Shown here: positions 1-9,683 of the stretch, piece by piece
Position numbering within the stretch: the first letter of the stretch is position 1
Layout: each line of letters starts with the position of its first letter
From: Methanomassiliicoccaceae archaeon
Lineage (GTDB): Archaea > Thermoplasmatota > Thermoplasmata > Methanomassiliicoccales > UBA472
Assembly: GCA_963827135.1 (NCBI GenBank)
Contig: CAWGZX010000004.1
Coordinates: forward strand, 69,521 to 133,520
Direction: 5' to 3'
DNA: 64,000 bases
Made by a program: the position numbers and the translations under genes
The notes under the pieces: model-generated
Database searches by the model: none
What the model was told of the DNA's origin: nothing
The model's input: the letters and a program-made list of their open reading frames with translations, nothing else

Positions 1-166
1 ACTTCAACGCTCCCAACGGCTCATACTGCTGAGGCTGCCCATACGGCTGGGGACCTGGGGCAGGTCCAACATTCTGGTTCTGTGGTCTACCACAGTGAGG
101 GCAGACGTTGTATTCTGCGGGTATCTGCCTCCCGCATCCCGTGCACATACGGGTGTTGTCGGTCAT
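1..166 (-). CDS. Zinc-ribbon protein, partial (runs off the window start)
   Basis: Manual translation from ATG at 166: MTDNTRMCTGCGRQIPAEYNVCPHCGRPQNQNVGPAPGPQPYGQPQQYEPLGALK, with CxxC..CxxC then a Pro/Gln-rich linker; GGAG upstream. Not in the ORF track. Confidence 0.75.
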   Translation of the reverse strand, partial: MTDNTRMCTGCGRQIPAEYNVCPHCGRPQNQNVGPAPGPQPYGQPQQYEPLGALK

Positions 167-402
167 TTCTTTTATTCTCCTAGGTCTCCGGTCGGGCTTC
201 GCCCACCAGAGTATGAGCGTAAAATAAATTCGCTAGTCTTAAAACTATGCCTGGGGAGATGTAGTGGAATCGTCCTGGATAATGGAATTAGCTCGGATGA
301 GGCGATATGGATGATAAAATGAGAAAGAACGGTCCCGATAACTAGAACCGATCATAGGCATCGGGACCTTCAGCGCTAAGCGGTTTCAATATCAGAAAGC
401 CA

Positions 403-684
403 TCATTTCTGGTCGTTTATCTTGATGATGTGATATCCGAACTGGGTCTTGACCGGTCCGATGACCTTGCCCTTCTCCCCCTCGAAGGCGGCCTTCTCGA
501 ATTCCGCCACCATCTGACCTTTGCCGAACCATCCCAGGGAACCCCCGGTCTTCCCCGAGGGGCACTTGGAGTGCTTCTTGGCAACGTCCTCGAACTTCTC
601 ACCCGCGGCGATGCGCGCCATGAGGTCCTTCGCCTCCTTCTCGGTCTTCACCAGTATGTGCGAACAGTTGACTTGCTTGGGCAT
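403..684 (-). CDS. ppiC: Parvulin-type peptidyl-prolyl cis-trans isomerase
   Basis: SHILVK, AKKHSKCPSGKTGGSLGWF, QMVAEFEKAAF and GYHII rotamase motifs; start moved to MPKQV (ATG 684). Confidence 0.93.
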   Translation of the reverse strand: MPKQVNCSHILVKTEKEAKDLMARIAAGEKFEDVAKKHSKCPSGKTGGSLGWFGKGQMVAEFEKAAFEGEKGKVIGPVKTQFGYHIIKINDQK

Positions 685-776
685 GAGGGGTGAAGGAGCG
701 GGCTCATTGAAATAGGTTCTGACTCGCCAAGCCCGCAACCAGTAAGCATTTAGCATCGGTGGTCGATTTCCGAGCA

Positions 777-2030
777 ATGTGGCAGCCCTTGGATGTGGAC
801 AGCTGGACGGAGCGGCGCAGGGGAGAGCTCAAAGACGTCCAGGAGCCGGTCAGGGAGATAATCGAGAACGTTAGGACGAGAGGCGACGACGCCCTGTTCG
901 AGCTGACTGAGCGCTTCGACAAGGTCAGGCCTTCGTCATTGAGGATATCGGAGGAGGAGATCGAGGCCGCCTACGAGCAGGTCGAGCCCTCCCTGGTCAA
1001 GGAGCTTCGTACGGCAGCCGCTAACATCGAGCGCTTCCACCGGATGCAGCTGGAGGCAGGGAATTGGACGAAGGAGGTGGAGCCCGGGATCATCCTTGGG
1101 GTGAGGCTTCTCCCCATGAGGAGGGTGGGGGCTTACGTCCCCGGCGGCCGGGCGTCATATCCGTCCACCGCGCTAATGTGCGTCATCCCGGCCAAGGTCG
1201 CCGGCGTGGAGGAGGTCGTGGTGTGCACGCCCCCACCGGCGAGCCCGCTCACCCTAGTGGCGCTGGACATAGCCAGGGCGGACGAGGTCTACCAGTTGGG
1301 GGGAGCGCAGGCGGTGGCGGCCATGGCCCTAGGCACGACCACCATAAGGAAGGTGGACAAGGTAGTTGGCCCCGGGAACATCTACGTCACCGAGGCGAAG
1401 CTCCAGCTACGCGGCCAGGTGGAGATCGATTTCCCTGCTGGACCGAGCGAGGTCCTGGTCATCGCCGATGATTCCGCGAATCCCAAATTCATCGCCGCGG
1501 ACATCCTGGCTCAAGCGGAGCACGATCCCAGCTCTTCATGCATACTCGTTACCACATCCAAGGAATTGGCGGACAAGGTGGGCAAGGAGGTGGAGAGGAG
1601 GATCTCCGCCTCACCGCGCAAGGGCATAATCGAGAGGTCTTTGCGGAATGCTGGATACGTGATGGTCAAGGACGCGGAGGAGGCGGCCTCAGTGAGCGAC
1701 CGCATAGCGCCGGAGCACCTTTCCATCCAGACCAGGGACCCGATGGCGATTTTCGACATTATCCACAGCGCGGGCTCGGTCTTCCTCGGTCCTTTCACCC
1801 CTGTGGCGGCCGGCGATTACGCCTCGGGCACCAACCACGTGCTCCCGACCGCAGGATATCCGAGCATTCTCTCCGGGCTGGACGTAAGGCATTTCTGCAA
1901 GGCGACCTCGGTCCAGAGGCTGGACGAGAGGGGCTTGGAACGCCTCGCCCCCACCATCGAGCGATTGGCGAACGCCGAAGGGCTGGTGGAGCACGCTCGC
2001 TCCGTCCGCGTGAGGCTGGAGAAGGACTGA
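777..2030 (+). CDS. hisD: Histidinol dehydrogenase
   Basis: YVPGG, GPGNIYV, IDFPAGPSEV, AQAEHD, APEHL and GDYASGTNHVLPT motifs; start at MWQPL (777). Confidence 0.97.
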   Translation: MWQPLDVDSWTERRRGELKDVQEPVREIIENVRTRGDDALFELTERFDKVRPSSLRISEEEIEAAYEQVEPSLVKELRTAAANIERFHRMQLEAGNWTKEVEPGIILGVRLLPMRRVGAYVPGGRASYPSTALMCVIPAKVAGVEEVVVCTPPPASPLTLVALDIARADEVYQLGGAQAVAAMALGTTTIRKVDKVVGPGNIYVTEAKLQLRGQVEIDFPAGPSEVLVIADDSANPKFIAADILAQAEHDPSSSCILVTTSKELADKVGKEVERRISASPRKGIIERSLRNAGYVMVKDAEEAASVSDRIAPEHLSIQTRDPMAIFDIIHSAGSVFLGPFTPVAAGDYASGTNHVLPTAGYPSILSGLDVRHFCKATSVQRLDERGLERLAPTIERLANAEGLVEHARSVRVRLEKD

Positions 2031-2068
2031 GCGAAGCTTGATTTACAGCGGCATCGAATCCCGTAGGG

Positions 2069-3223
2069 ATGAGCGACCGCCCCAAGCTCCGACCCCAGCT
2101 GATAGGCAGGGAGTCGCAGCTGGAAAGGCTGATGGCCAAGCTGTCATCCGCTCTGGCCGGCGAGGGCTCGGTCATCTTCCTATCGGGGGAGGCGGGCTCG
2201 GGCAAGACCAGGATGGCGGAGGAGTTCCAGCAGTTCGCGTCCAACACCGGCTGCTCCTGCGTAAGCGCCACCTGCGTCCGCGGACAGCCGGCCTACGCGC
2301 CCTTCAAGAAGGCGTTGGCCAAGCTGTCCGAGAAGGAACCATCCTTGATCGGGCTGCCCTCGTACCAAGAGCTCTTCCGTTCCGACCACGAGGTACGCAT
2401 GGAAGCAGGGCTCAGGGACAGGGAGGAAAGGATGCTCTTCGCCGCACAGGAGCTGGTCGGGAACATCAGCGAACGCGCCCCTATGCTGCTCCGCATCGAC
2501 GACCTACAATACGCCGATGCCATGACCATACAGATGCTGCATTTCTTAGGGCGGAGCGTCGCTAATCGGCGGGCCATGATCGTCTGCACCTTCAGCGACG
2601 ACGAGCTCTTCGACCGTGAAGAGCGGCCACATCCATTGATTGAGGCGATGAGGATCATGAAGCGCGAAGCCCTTTGCGAGGAGGTCCCCATCTCCCCGTT
2701 GTCCGAGGAGCAGCTCGCGAAAGCCCTCGGAGAGCTGCTTGAGAGGGATCTGGACGATATGGCGCTCGGTTCGCTGTACAGGGAGAGCGGGGGCAATCCG
2801 GAGATCGCGGTGGAGCTGGCCCTGGAGGCGCTAAGGTCGGGGGCGATCGTCCTTGGCGAGGAGAAGGCCACGATGGAGCCTTGGCGCACACTTAGCATTC
2901 CTGCGAGCCTGAGGGAGTGGGTGGGGAGGAAATTGGACGCCCTGCCCGAGGACCACCTCCGCCTCCTGAGATTCGCCGCATTGGCAGGGGACATATTCGG
3001 CGCCGATCTCCTCTCCCGGGCGATGGGACGGCGGAAGCTGGAGACCCTGGAGCTACTGGATGCGGCGGTGAAGGAGTACCGCCTCTACATCGAGACGCTA
3101 GATGGTTTCCGCTTTCGTTGGGGGATAGTCAGGAGGGTGGCCATCGAACGCATGCCTTCCGCCACCGCCGAAGAGCTGAGCCGAGAGCTAGCGAAGGCAA
3201 GGCCCGAGCGAGGCTCGGCCTGA
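2069..3223 (+). CDS. STAND-type P-loop NTPase (AAA_16-like), no recognisable effector domain
   Basis: IGRESQL, Walker A GEAGSGKT, Walker B LLRIDDLQYAD, ESGGNP motif. Confidence 0.85.
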   Translation: MSDRPKLRPQLIGRESQLERLMAKLSSALAGEGSVIFLSGEAGSGKTRMAEEFQQFASNTGCSCVSATCVRGQPAYAPFKKALAKLSEKEPSLIGLPSYQELFRSDHEVRMEAGLRDREERMLFAAQELVGNISERAPMLLRIDDLQYADAMTIQMLHFLGRSVANRRAMIVCTFSDDELFDREERPHPLIEAMRIMKREALCEEVPISPLSEEQLAKALGELLERDLDDMALGSLYRESGGNPEIAVELALEALRSGAIVLGEEKATMEPWRTLSIPASLREWVGRKLDALPEDHLRLLRFAALAGDIFGADLLSRAMGRRKLETLELLDAAVKEYRLYIETLDGFRFRWGIVRRVAIERMPSATAEELSRELAKARPERGSA

Positions 3224-3229
3224 GAGGGG

Positions 3230-3869
3230 ATGGAGATGACGCCGAGGGAAGCCAGGATCGAAGCGTGGGACCGCAAGTACCAGGGCGCTCACCCTCGATG
3301 GCGAGGGCCGCCAGAGCCTGGCATCCGATCTTCCTGAGGGAGCGAGGGTCCTCGAGCTTGGTTGCGGTGATGGCAAGACCTTGCGTGGCCTGGTCGGCGC
3401 AAGAAGAGAGGTGATTGGCCTGGACTTCTCCCGGAAGGGCTTGACCTCATCGCGGGCCAGGTCAGCGGATAACAGCGAATTCCAATTGGTACAGGCCGAT
3501 GGCTCGCATCTTCCTTTTGCGCCCGGGTCCTTCGGCGTCGTCGTGGCGCACCATTTCTTCGAGCACTTCGAGGCCAAGGAACGAAAGGAAGCTGCCGCCG
3601 AGGCCGTCAGGGTTCTAGGCTGGAAAGGGGCTTTGTACCTTCGCGCTTTTTCGTCAACGGACATGAGGGCTGGGAAGGGGAGCCCCATCGAGCCTTCCAC
3701 TTTTATGAGGGAGGGCATTCCCTACCACTACTTCGAGGAGGGTGAGGTCCAGCCCCTGTTCCGCGGGTTGACCATCGAATCCATTAGGACCGATACCTCG
3801 GAGAAGAGGTTCGCTGGAGAGCCTAGGATGAGGGCGGTCATCGTTGCCGTGCTCCGGAAGAGCTTATGA
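3230..3869 (+). CDS. Class I SAM-dependent methyltransferase, one frameshift near 3310-3320
   Basis: ATG 3230 frame (MEMTPREARIEAWDRKY) stops at about 3337. The SAM motif LPEGARVLELGCGDGKT lies in the adjacent frame, which has no start of its own before it. Confidence 0.8.
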
Positions 3870-3919
3870 AGCCGGCCGATATTATCGTGACATCCTTTCC
3901 GAGCTGTTGAGGTGATGGA

Positions 3920-4321
3920 TTGAGCGAAGAGCTGAAAGACGAGAAGGTGGAGCGCGAAGTTAAGCGCAGATTGGCCGAACTGGAGCGCCTCTATGGAAGG
4001 GTGCCGCTGGTGGCGCAGGTGCTCTCGACGAGGCCGGACATCTACCTCGCCTATTCCGATTATTCGGACGTCACACTTAACCGGCCCAGGAACCTGGACC
4101 GCAAGACCGCCGAGCTCGCAGCGGTGGCGGCCGGTAGCGCCCTGGCGAGCCAGCATTGCCTCAGCATTCACCTGGAGGCGGCGATCAAGGAAGGAGCGAA
4201 CGACGACGAGATCCTCGAGTCGGTCCTCATCGGTTCCTTCATGGCCATGACCAGGAGCCAATCGGTCGCGCTGAGGATGTTCCAGGAGATGCGCGCCAGC
4301 CCGGAGCAGAAGAAGGAATAG
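3920..4321 (+). CDS. Carboxymuconolactone decarboxylase / AhpD-like protein
   Basis: LDRKTAELAAVAAG..SQHCLSIHLEAAIKEGA pattern; GAGGTG RBS before TTG start. First Cys of the usual CxxC is Ser. Confidence 0.85.
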   Translation: MSEELKDEKVEREVKRRLAELERLYGRVPLVAQVLSTRPDIYLAYSDYSDVTLNRPRNLDRKTAELAAVAAGSALASQHCLSIHLEAAIKEGANDDEILESVLIGSFMAMTRSQSVALRMFQEMRASPEQKKE

Positions 4322-4322
4322 G

Positions 4323-4925
4323 CTAACCCATGCTGAACGGGATGGTGAAATTGGCCTGGTAGCCCATCCCGTTCTCCAGCACTAGGTCCCTCTGCTCGGC
4401 ACTGCCATCGGTGGCGGTCATGCCCAGTACGATCTGCGAATGGCTGACCTTTCCGATGGCATAGTTCACTTGGATATTCTCCACATTGGTCTGGCCTGCG
4501 CCAAGGTCCCCGGAGGCGCAAGCCTCCCCATTGACGAGTAGCGTATAATTGTAGGATGTGTAAATATGCGAAGAATGGACCATGACCACGACCAGAGACC
4601 CGCCCTCCGACCAGAGCTCTGAATCGGATGGGTCGAAGTCGTAGGCGTCGGGGTAGCCATCGCTGTCGCCGTCATGCACGCTTGCCAGAGGCGAGAGCCA
4701 GGGTGAGAAGAGCAGCACGGCCACCAGGAGCGCGCCGACGGCTACGGACAGGCTCACCCCCAGAGGGATCAGGATGAGCCGGTTCAAGGAGCGGCGCTTC
4801 ATCTGCTTCGAGTCCTTCAGAACCACGTGCGTCTTGACCGTGATCATCCGTCGGAAGCGTACGGCGCAGATTCTGCACGACTCCGCGCTGTCCTGATTCC
4901 ACGCGCCGCACTTGGGACACTTCAA
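4323..4925 (-). CDS. Hypothetical protein: N-terminal zinc ribbon, one TM helix, extracellular domain with acidic Ca-binding-like repeat
   Basis: CPKCG..CRIC, hydrophobic stretch, DGDSDGYPDAYDFDPSDS. Confidence 0.7.
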   Translation of the reverse strand: MKCPKCGAWNQDSAESCRICAVRFRRMITVKTHVVLKDSKQMKRRSLNRLILIPLGVSLSVAVGALLVAVLLFSPWLSPLASVHDGDSDGYPDAYDFDPSDSELWSEGGSLVVVMVHSSHIYTSYNYTLLVNGEACASGDLGAGQTNVENIQVNYAIGKVSHSQIVLGMTATDGSAEQRDLVLENGMGYQANFTIPFSMG

Positions 4926-4972
4926 TAGATCGCCTCGGGCCCATCGGCTTGTCTGGAAATAATGTTTGCGCG

Positions 4973-6166
4973 TTAGATGATCCGTAGCTCCTTGCCCACC
5001 TTCTCGAAGGCGGAGATGGCGAAGTCCAGGTCGGACCGGGCCATGGCCGCGTTCATGATGGTGCGGATGCGCGCCTTGCCCTTGGCTACCATGGGGAAGA
5101 CGATGGGCAGGGCGAAGACCCTCTCCTCGAAGAGGCGCTGCGAGAGCTGCTTGGCCTTGCCGCTGTCGCCCACCATGACGGGGACGATCGGCGTCTGGCT
5201 CTTGCCGGTGTCGAAGCCGAGCTGCTGCATGGAACTCTTGAAGTAGCTAGTATGATCCCAGAGCGCCCTCACGTGCTGGGGCTCAGTCTCGAGCACCTCT
5301 ATGGCCGCGATGCAGGCAGCGGCCACGGCCGGAGGGTGCGAGCCCGAGAGCAACCAGGTCCGCGAGCGGTTGTAAGCGAAGTTGACCAGGTCCTTCGAGC
5401 CCGATATATGGCCTCCCACCACCCCGAAGGCCTTGGAGAACGTGCCCATCTCCACATGCACCCTATCTCGTGGCAGCTGGAAGTGCTCGACTATCCCCCT
5501 TCCTCCTTCACCGAGCACGCCCTCGCCGTGGGCGTCGTCGACGTAGAGCATAGCCCCATGTTCATGTGCCAGCCTAGCGATGTCCGGGAGGGGGGCGATG
5601 TCGCCGTCCATGGAGAAGACCCCATCGGTTATGATGAGGATGCGCCTAGGGATCGGGTCCCTCCTCTCTGACTCGACCAGTACCTTTTCCAGGTCCGCGG
5701 CGTCGCAATGCTTGTATATCGCCCGGTCCGCCACCGAGAGCCTGACCCCGTCGATGATCGACCCGTGGTTGAGCTCGTCGCTGATGATCAGGTCCCCCTT
5801 CCCAACCAGTTGAGGTATCAGCCCGGCGTTGGCGGCGAACCCCGTCTGGTAGACCAATGAGGCCTCGGCGTTCTTGAAATGGGCGAGCCGCCTCTCCAGT
5901 TCCATGTGCAGGTCCATGGTCCCGGCGATCGGCCTCACCGAGCCCGAACCGGCGCCATGGGTCCTTACGGCCTCGATGGCCGCCTCCTTCAGGCGAGGAT
6001 GGTTGCTCAGCCCGAGGTAGTTGTTGGAGCAGAACATCAGGACCTCGCGGCCGTCGACCTCGCACCAGGGCGAGCTCGGCCCCTGCAGCACCCTCAGCTT
6101 CCAATCCAGCTCGTCCTTGACCAGGGCGTCGTACTCCTCCTTAAGAAATGCGGTCGGGTCTCTCAT
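4973..6166 (-). CDS. kbl: Glycine C-acetyltransferase (2-amino-3-ketobutyrate CoA ligase), class II PLP aminotransferase
   Basis: CSNNYLGL, SDELNHGSIIDG, TDGVFSMDGD, DDAHG, GTFSKAFG; 4 bp downstream of tdh. Confidence 0.88.
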   Translation of the reverse strand: MRDPTAFLKEEYDALVKDELDWKLRVLQGPSSPWCEVDGREVLMFCSNNYLGLSNHPRLKEAAIEAVRTHGAGSGSVRPIAGTMDLHMELERRLAHFKNAEASLVYQTGFAANAGLIPQLVGKGDLIISDELNHGSIIDGVRLSVADRAIYKHCDAADLEKVLVESERRDPIPRRILIITDGVFSMDGDIAPLPDIARLAHEHGAMLYVDDAHGEGVLGEGGRGIVEHFQLPRDRVHVEMGTFSKAFGVVGGHISGSKDLVNFAYNRSRTWLLSGSHPPAVAAACIAAIEVLETEPQHVRALWDHTSYFKSSMQQLGFDTGKSQTPIVPVMVGDSGKAKQLSQRLFEERVFALPIVFPMVAKGKARIRTIMNAAMARSDLDFAISAFEKVGKELRII

Positions 6167-6170
6167 CGGG

Positions 6171-7133
6171 TCATCTCCTCAATCTCGGCGTCAAGGCCTT
6201 AACCATGTCCTTGACCATCATGGGCAGGTCGTACTTCGGGTCCCAGCCCCAGTCCCTCCTCGCCTCGGAGTCGTCCAGGCTCATGGGCCAGGAGTCGGCT
6301 ATCTTCTGCCTGTGATCTGGCACGTAGCTGACCTGCAGCTCGGGGACGTAGCGTTGCAGCTCTTGCGTCAGCTCCTCCGGGGTGAAGCTCATCGCAGTGA
6401 CATTGTAGGCGTCGCGCCTCTTCACCCTGTCGGCAGGTGCGACCATGATGTCGATGGCACAGCTCAGGCAGTCGGGCATGTACATCATCGGAAGCCTGGT
6501 GTCCTGGCGCAGGAAGCAGGTGTAGCGGCCCTTGGTCAAGGCCTCGTAGAAGATCTCCACGGCGAAATCGGTGGTGCCCCCGCCGGGATGTGTCTCGCTG
6601 CTGATGATGCCAGGATAACGGACGGACCTGACATCGATCCCATATTTACTGTAATAGTAGTTGCAGAGCAGCTCGCCGGAGAGCTTGGAGACGCCGTACA
6701 TGCTGGTGGGGAGCATGACCGTGTCCTGTGGCGTGCCTTGGCGAGGGGAGGTGGGCCCGAACACCGCGATGGAGCTGGGCCAGAAGATCTTCTCCAGATG
6801 CAGCTTGCGTCCCGCCTCAAGGATGTTGACGAGCGAGTCCATGTTCGTCCGCCATGCCATCTGAGGGTCCTTCTCCCCGGTAGCGGAGAGGACGGCGGCC
6901 AAGTGGTAGACCTGAGTCACTTCGTGGTACTTCAGCAGCTCGGTAAGCGAAGCCTCGGACGACAGGTCGACCTTCTCGACGGGACCGGAATCCAATATCT
7001 GCTCGCTGGGAGGCCGGTTGTGTATCCCGGCCACGACAACGTCCCCCCCATATCTCTGCCTCAAGGCCATGGTCAGCTCCGAACCGATCTGGCCCGTTGC
7101 GCCGGTAACTAGGATGCGAGAAGTCGTGTCCAT
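6171..7133 (-). CDS. tdh: SDR-type L-threonine 3-dehydrogenase
   Basis: TGATGQIG, YGVSK, PGGGTTDFAVEIF, LPMMYMPD and SWP motifs of the cTDH SDR family; adjacent to kbl. Start MDTTS (7133). Confidence 0.87.
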   Translation of the reverse strand: MDTTSRILVTGATGQIGSELTMALRQRYGGDVVVAGIHNRPPSEQILDSGPVEKVDLSSEASLTELLKYHEVTQVYHLAAVLSATGEKDPQMAWRTNMDSLVNILEAGRKLHLEKIFWPSSIAVFGPTSPRQGTPQDTVMLPTSMYGVSKLSGELLCNYYYSKYGIDVRSVRYPGIISSETHPGGGTTDFAVEIFYEALTKGRYTCFLRQDTRLPMMYMPDCLSCAIDIMVAPADRVKRRDAYNVTAMSFTPEELTQELQRYVPELQVSYVPDHRQKIADSWPMSLDDSEARRDWGWDPKYDLPMMVKDMVKALTPRLRR

Positions 7134-7215
7134 GCTCTGCCCATTGCCGTGAATCCTTGGGAAAGGATATATGGATTGCCTTTGACAATGTAGCAGGGAA
7201 CGCGGAGGTCTTAGG

Positions 7216-7569
7216 GTGAGGATCGAGGCCAACTATGGGTGGGCGGAGATCGATGGAAGGAGGTACGATGGGGACTTGGTCGTACACGCCGACGGGACCG
7301 TCACGCCGAGGGAGGCATCGCTCTCCATACCTTATCGGAAGGAGCTCTTCCACACCCCCCTGTCCGAAAAGGAGCTAGGATTCCTGGAGGAGGAGGCGCC
7401 GGAGGTGGTGATCATCGCCGCCGGGCACAAGGGGATGCTCACCATCACCCCCAAGGCCAAAGAGATCCTAGAGCGATACGAGTGCAAGGTGGCCATGGCC
7501 CCTGAGGCCGCGAGATTGGCCAGCAGCGAGCGAAGGCGCTTCGTCGCCATCCTCCATCTGACCTGCTGA
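7216..7569 (+). CDS. Mth938-like (DUF498) protein
   Basis: YGWAEIDG..Y..DLVV, PEVVIIAAG and terminal ILHLTC pattern. Confidence 0.85.
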   Translation: MRIEANYGWAEIDGRRYDGDLVVHADGTVTPREASLSIPYRKELFHTPLSEKELGFLEEEAPEVVIIAAGHKGMLTITPKAKEILERYECKVAMAPEAARLASSERRRFVAILHLTC

Positions 7570-7585
7570 GGCGGGGGGGCCGCGG

Positions 7586-8336
7586 ATGGACCACGACGCC
7601 AAGAAGACGCCCCCGAACCAGCTGGAGAGGCAACGCGACTGGCTGATCGAGCATTGGAGATATTTGCTAGAGCAGAGCGCGCTAAAAGAGTATGTTCCGC
7701 ATCGACCGCGGGCCTTGGACGTGGGCTGCGGCCCGGGCCTGGTGATGGAATCCCTCGAGGACATCATGGACGTGCAGGGGATCGACAATGACCCGTCCAT
7801 GGTGCAGGCTTGTCAGGACAGGCACCTCCCCGCCACCGTGGCCGAGGCTGAGCGACTACCTTACCAAGAGGGCTCATTCGACATCGTCTATTGCTCCTTC
7901 CTATTGCTGTGGGTGAGGGACCCCAAACGGGTACTGGACGAGATGTTCCGCGTGTCGAGGACATGGGTCGTTTGCCTGGCCGAGCCCGACTATGCCGCCA
8001 GGGTCGACCACCCCCCGGAGCTCGAGGAACTCACATCGCTGATCGTGGCGGGTACCAAGCGGTCAGGAGGGGACCCTTGTATGGGGCGCAAGCTCCGCTC
8101 CCTCCACGCAGGTCGTGGGCAGGTCGAGATAGGCACATATCCAGGGACGTGGAGCTTGGAGAGGCTAAGGGCCGAGAGCGCCTCTGAATGGCGATGGGCC
8201 GAGGAGATGGTGGGGAAGGGGGAGGAGACCGCAGCGCATGGCCCGGCTGAGATCGATCTGGGACCAGGCGCTTGAGGAGGGCACCCTCTATCAGTATAAT
8301 CCCATCTTCTACGCCTTGGCCAGGAAGACTAGGTGA
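7586..8336 (+). CDS. Class I SAM-dependent methyltransferase, apparent frameshift near 8230
   Basis: ALDVGCGPG, LPYQEGSFDIV, EPDY motifs. A protein-like C-terminus (RMARLRSIWDQALEEGTLYQYNPIFYALARKTR*) continues in another frame to TGA 8336. Confidence 0.78.
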
Positions 8337-9683
8337 TTAGACCGACCTACTCTCCAGGCAGAAGTAGTCGCCGTGCTCGCGGGCCAGGGGGCAGCCTCCG
8401 CCGCACACGTCCTTCAGGCCGCATTCCTGGCATTCGCCGTCGAGGAAAACCCTATCCCTGATGTCCTTGCACAGCTGATGGTTCCATATGTCCTGCCAGT
8501 CGTCCTTCAGAATGTTGCCTAGCGGCTTGTAGTAGCTCTGGCATGGAAGGACGCCGCCGTCCGGCTCGACCGCCATGCTGAGCGAGCAGGCGGTGCATTG
8601 CTTGATGCCCAATCCGAGGTTCACCGGGTTGAGCTCACAGTAGGGGGTGGGGGTGTACCAGGTGAGCTTGGTGTCGGTCTCCGCCGCCATCCGCTTGAGA
8701 TTGGTCAGTAGCGGACCGAGCTCCTCGCAGCTCACCGCCTCTGCCTCCTTCCCTTTCCCGGACCGGATGATACCATTGAAAGCGACGTTCTTGACGCCCA
8801 TAGACACCAGAAAGGAGAACGTCCTCTCGATCTGGTCGTAGTTGGAGCGCATGATGGTGGTGTTCGTGCTCACGTACAGGTCCTCGGACAAGGCTAACTT
8901 GAGCCCTTGGACGGTCTGTCTCCAGGCGCCCTGGTCGCCCACCAAGGAGTCGTGCACCCTCTCCTGATCCGAGAGGACGGTGATCTGCACGTGGTCCAGG
9001 CCCTTCTGGACCAAGCCCTTCAGATAGCCGGGCTCACGGAGCCTCCTACCGTTGGTCACCAGTCCAGTGATCTGGCCCAGTCGCTCGGATTCCATAACCA
9101 GCTCGTCCAAGCCGGGGTAGAGGGTGGGCTCGCCCCCAGTGAAGACCACGTGCGGGACCCCTAAGCTCCAAAGCCTGGTGATGACCGCCTTCCACTGCTC
9201 GGGCCCGAGCTCCTTGACCTCCCTCGGTTCGTTGTAGCAGTGGGCGCAGCGGTTCTGGCACTTGTATGTTAGGATGAGGTCCATGCGGTAGGGGGCCGGG
9301 AGCTGGTCCAAGCCGTAGGTGGGGCGCTCGGAGCCGATGCTGCTGATGACCTCGACGTCCCCATGCACGAAAAGGTCGAGCTTCTGCTTGATGGCCGCGT
9401 AGTCGGAGGCGGCTTTATCCTTGTCCAAGTTGCGGTAGCGTCTCATCATGTACTTGGCCATCGCATCCACGGACCTCGCCTCCAGGGCGCAGCGCGCATA
9501 GTCCAGCGCAGTCCCGTTGAGGAAGAGGATGCCTGAGGCATCGACCAGGAGGACGCCGTTGAGGGACGAGTCCACGCGCAGATGGAAGCGATGGTGCCCC
9601 CATTCGCCCTTACCGTCGTAGCGATATACGCCTTGGGGCAGTCCCTCGCCCTTTACCTCGCGCCACCAATCTTGGACCTTCAT
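8337..9683 (-). CDS. Radical SAM/SPASM protein (PqqE-like) with N-terminal PqqD/RRE-like extension
   Basis: CQNRCAHC, FTGGEP, SPASM CTAC..VEPDGGVLPC..CQECGLKDVCGGGC; start MKVQD (ATG 9683) overlaps the upstream stop. Confidence 0.92.
   Translation of the reverse strand: MKVQDWWREVKGEGLPQGVYRYDGKGEWGHHRFHLRVDSSLNGVLLVDASGILFLNGTALDYARCALEARSVDAMAKYMMRRYRNLDKDKAASDYAAIKQKLDLFVHGDVEVISSIGSERPTYGLDQLPAPYRMDLILTYKCQNRCAHCYNEPREVKELGPEQWKAVITRLWSLGVPHVVFTGGEPTLYPGLDELVMESERLGQITGLVTNGRRLREPGYLKGLVQKGLDHVQITVLSDQERVHDSLVGDQGAWRQTVQGLKLALSEDLYVSTNTTIMRSNYDQIERTFSFLVSMGVKNVAFNGIIRSGKGKEAEAVSCEELGPLLTNLKRMAAETDTKLTWYTPTPYCELNPVNLGLGIKQCTACSLSMAVEPDGGVLPCQSYYKPLGNILKDDWQDIWNHQLCKDIRDRVFLDGECQECGLKDVCGGGCPLAREHGDYFCLESRSV

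Noticed and set aside
6021-7112. Long antisense or alternative-frame ORFs (e.g. 6021..7112+, 26768..27421-, 32167..33063+, 61012..62283+)
   Set aside because: They are shadows of well-supported genes in GC-rich DNA and have no motifs.
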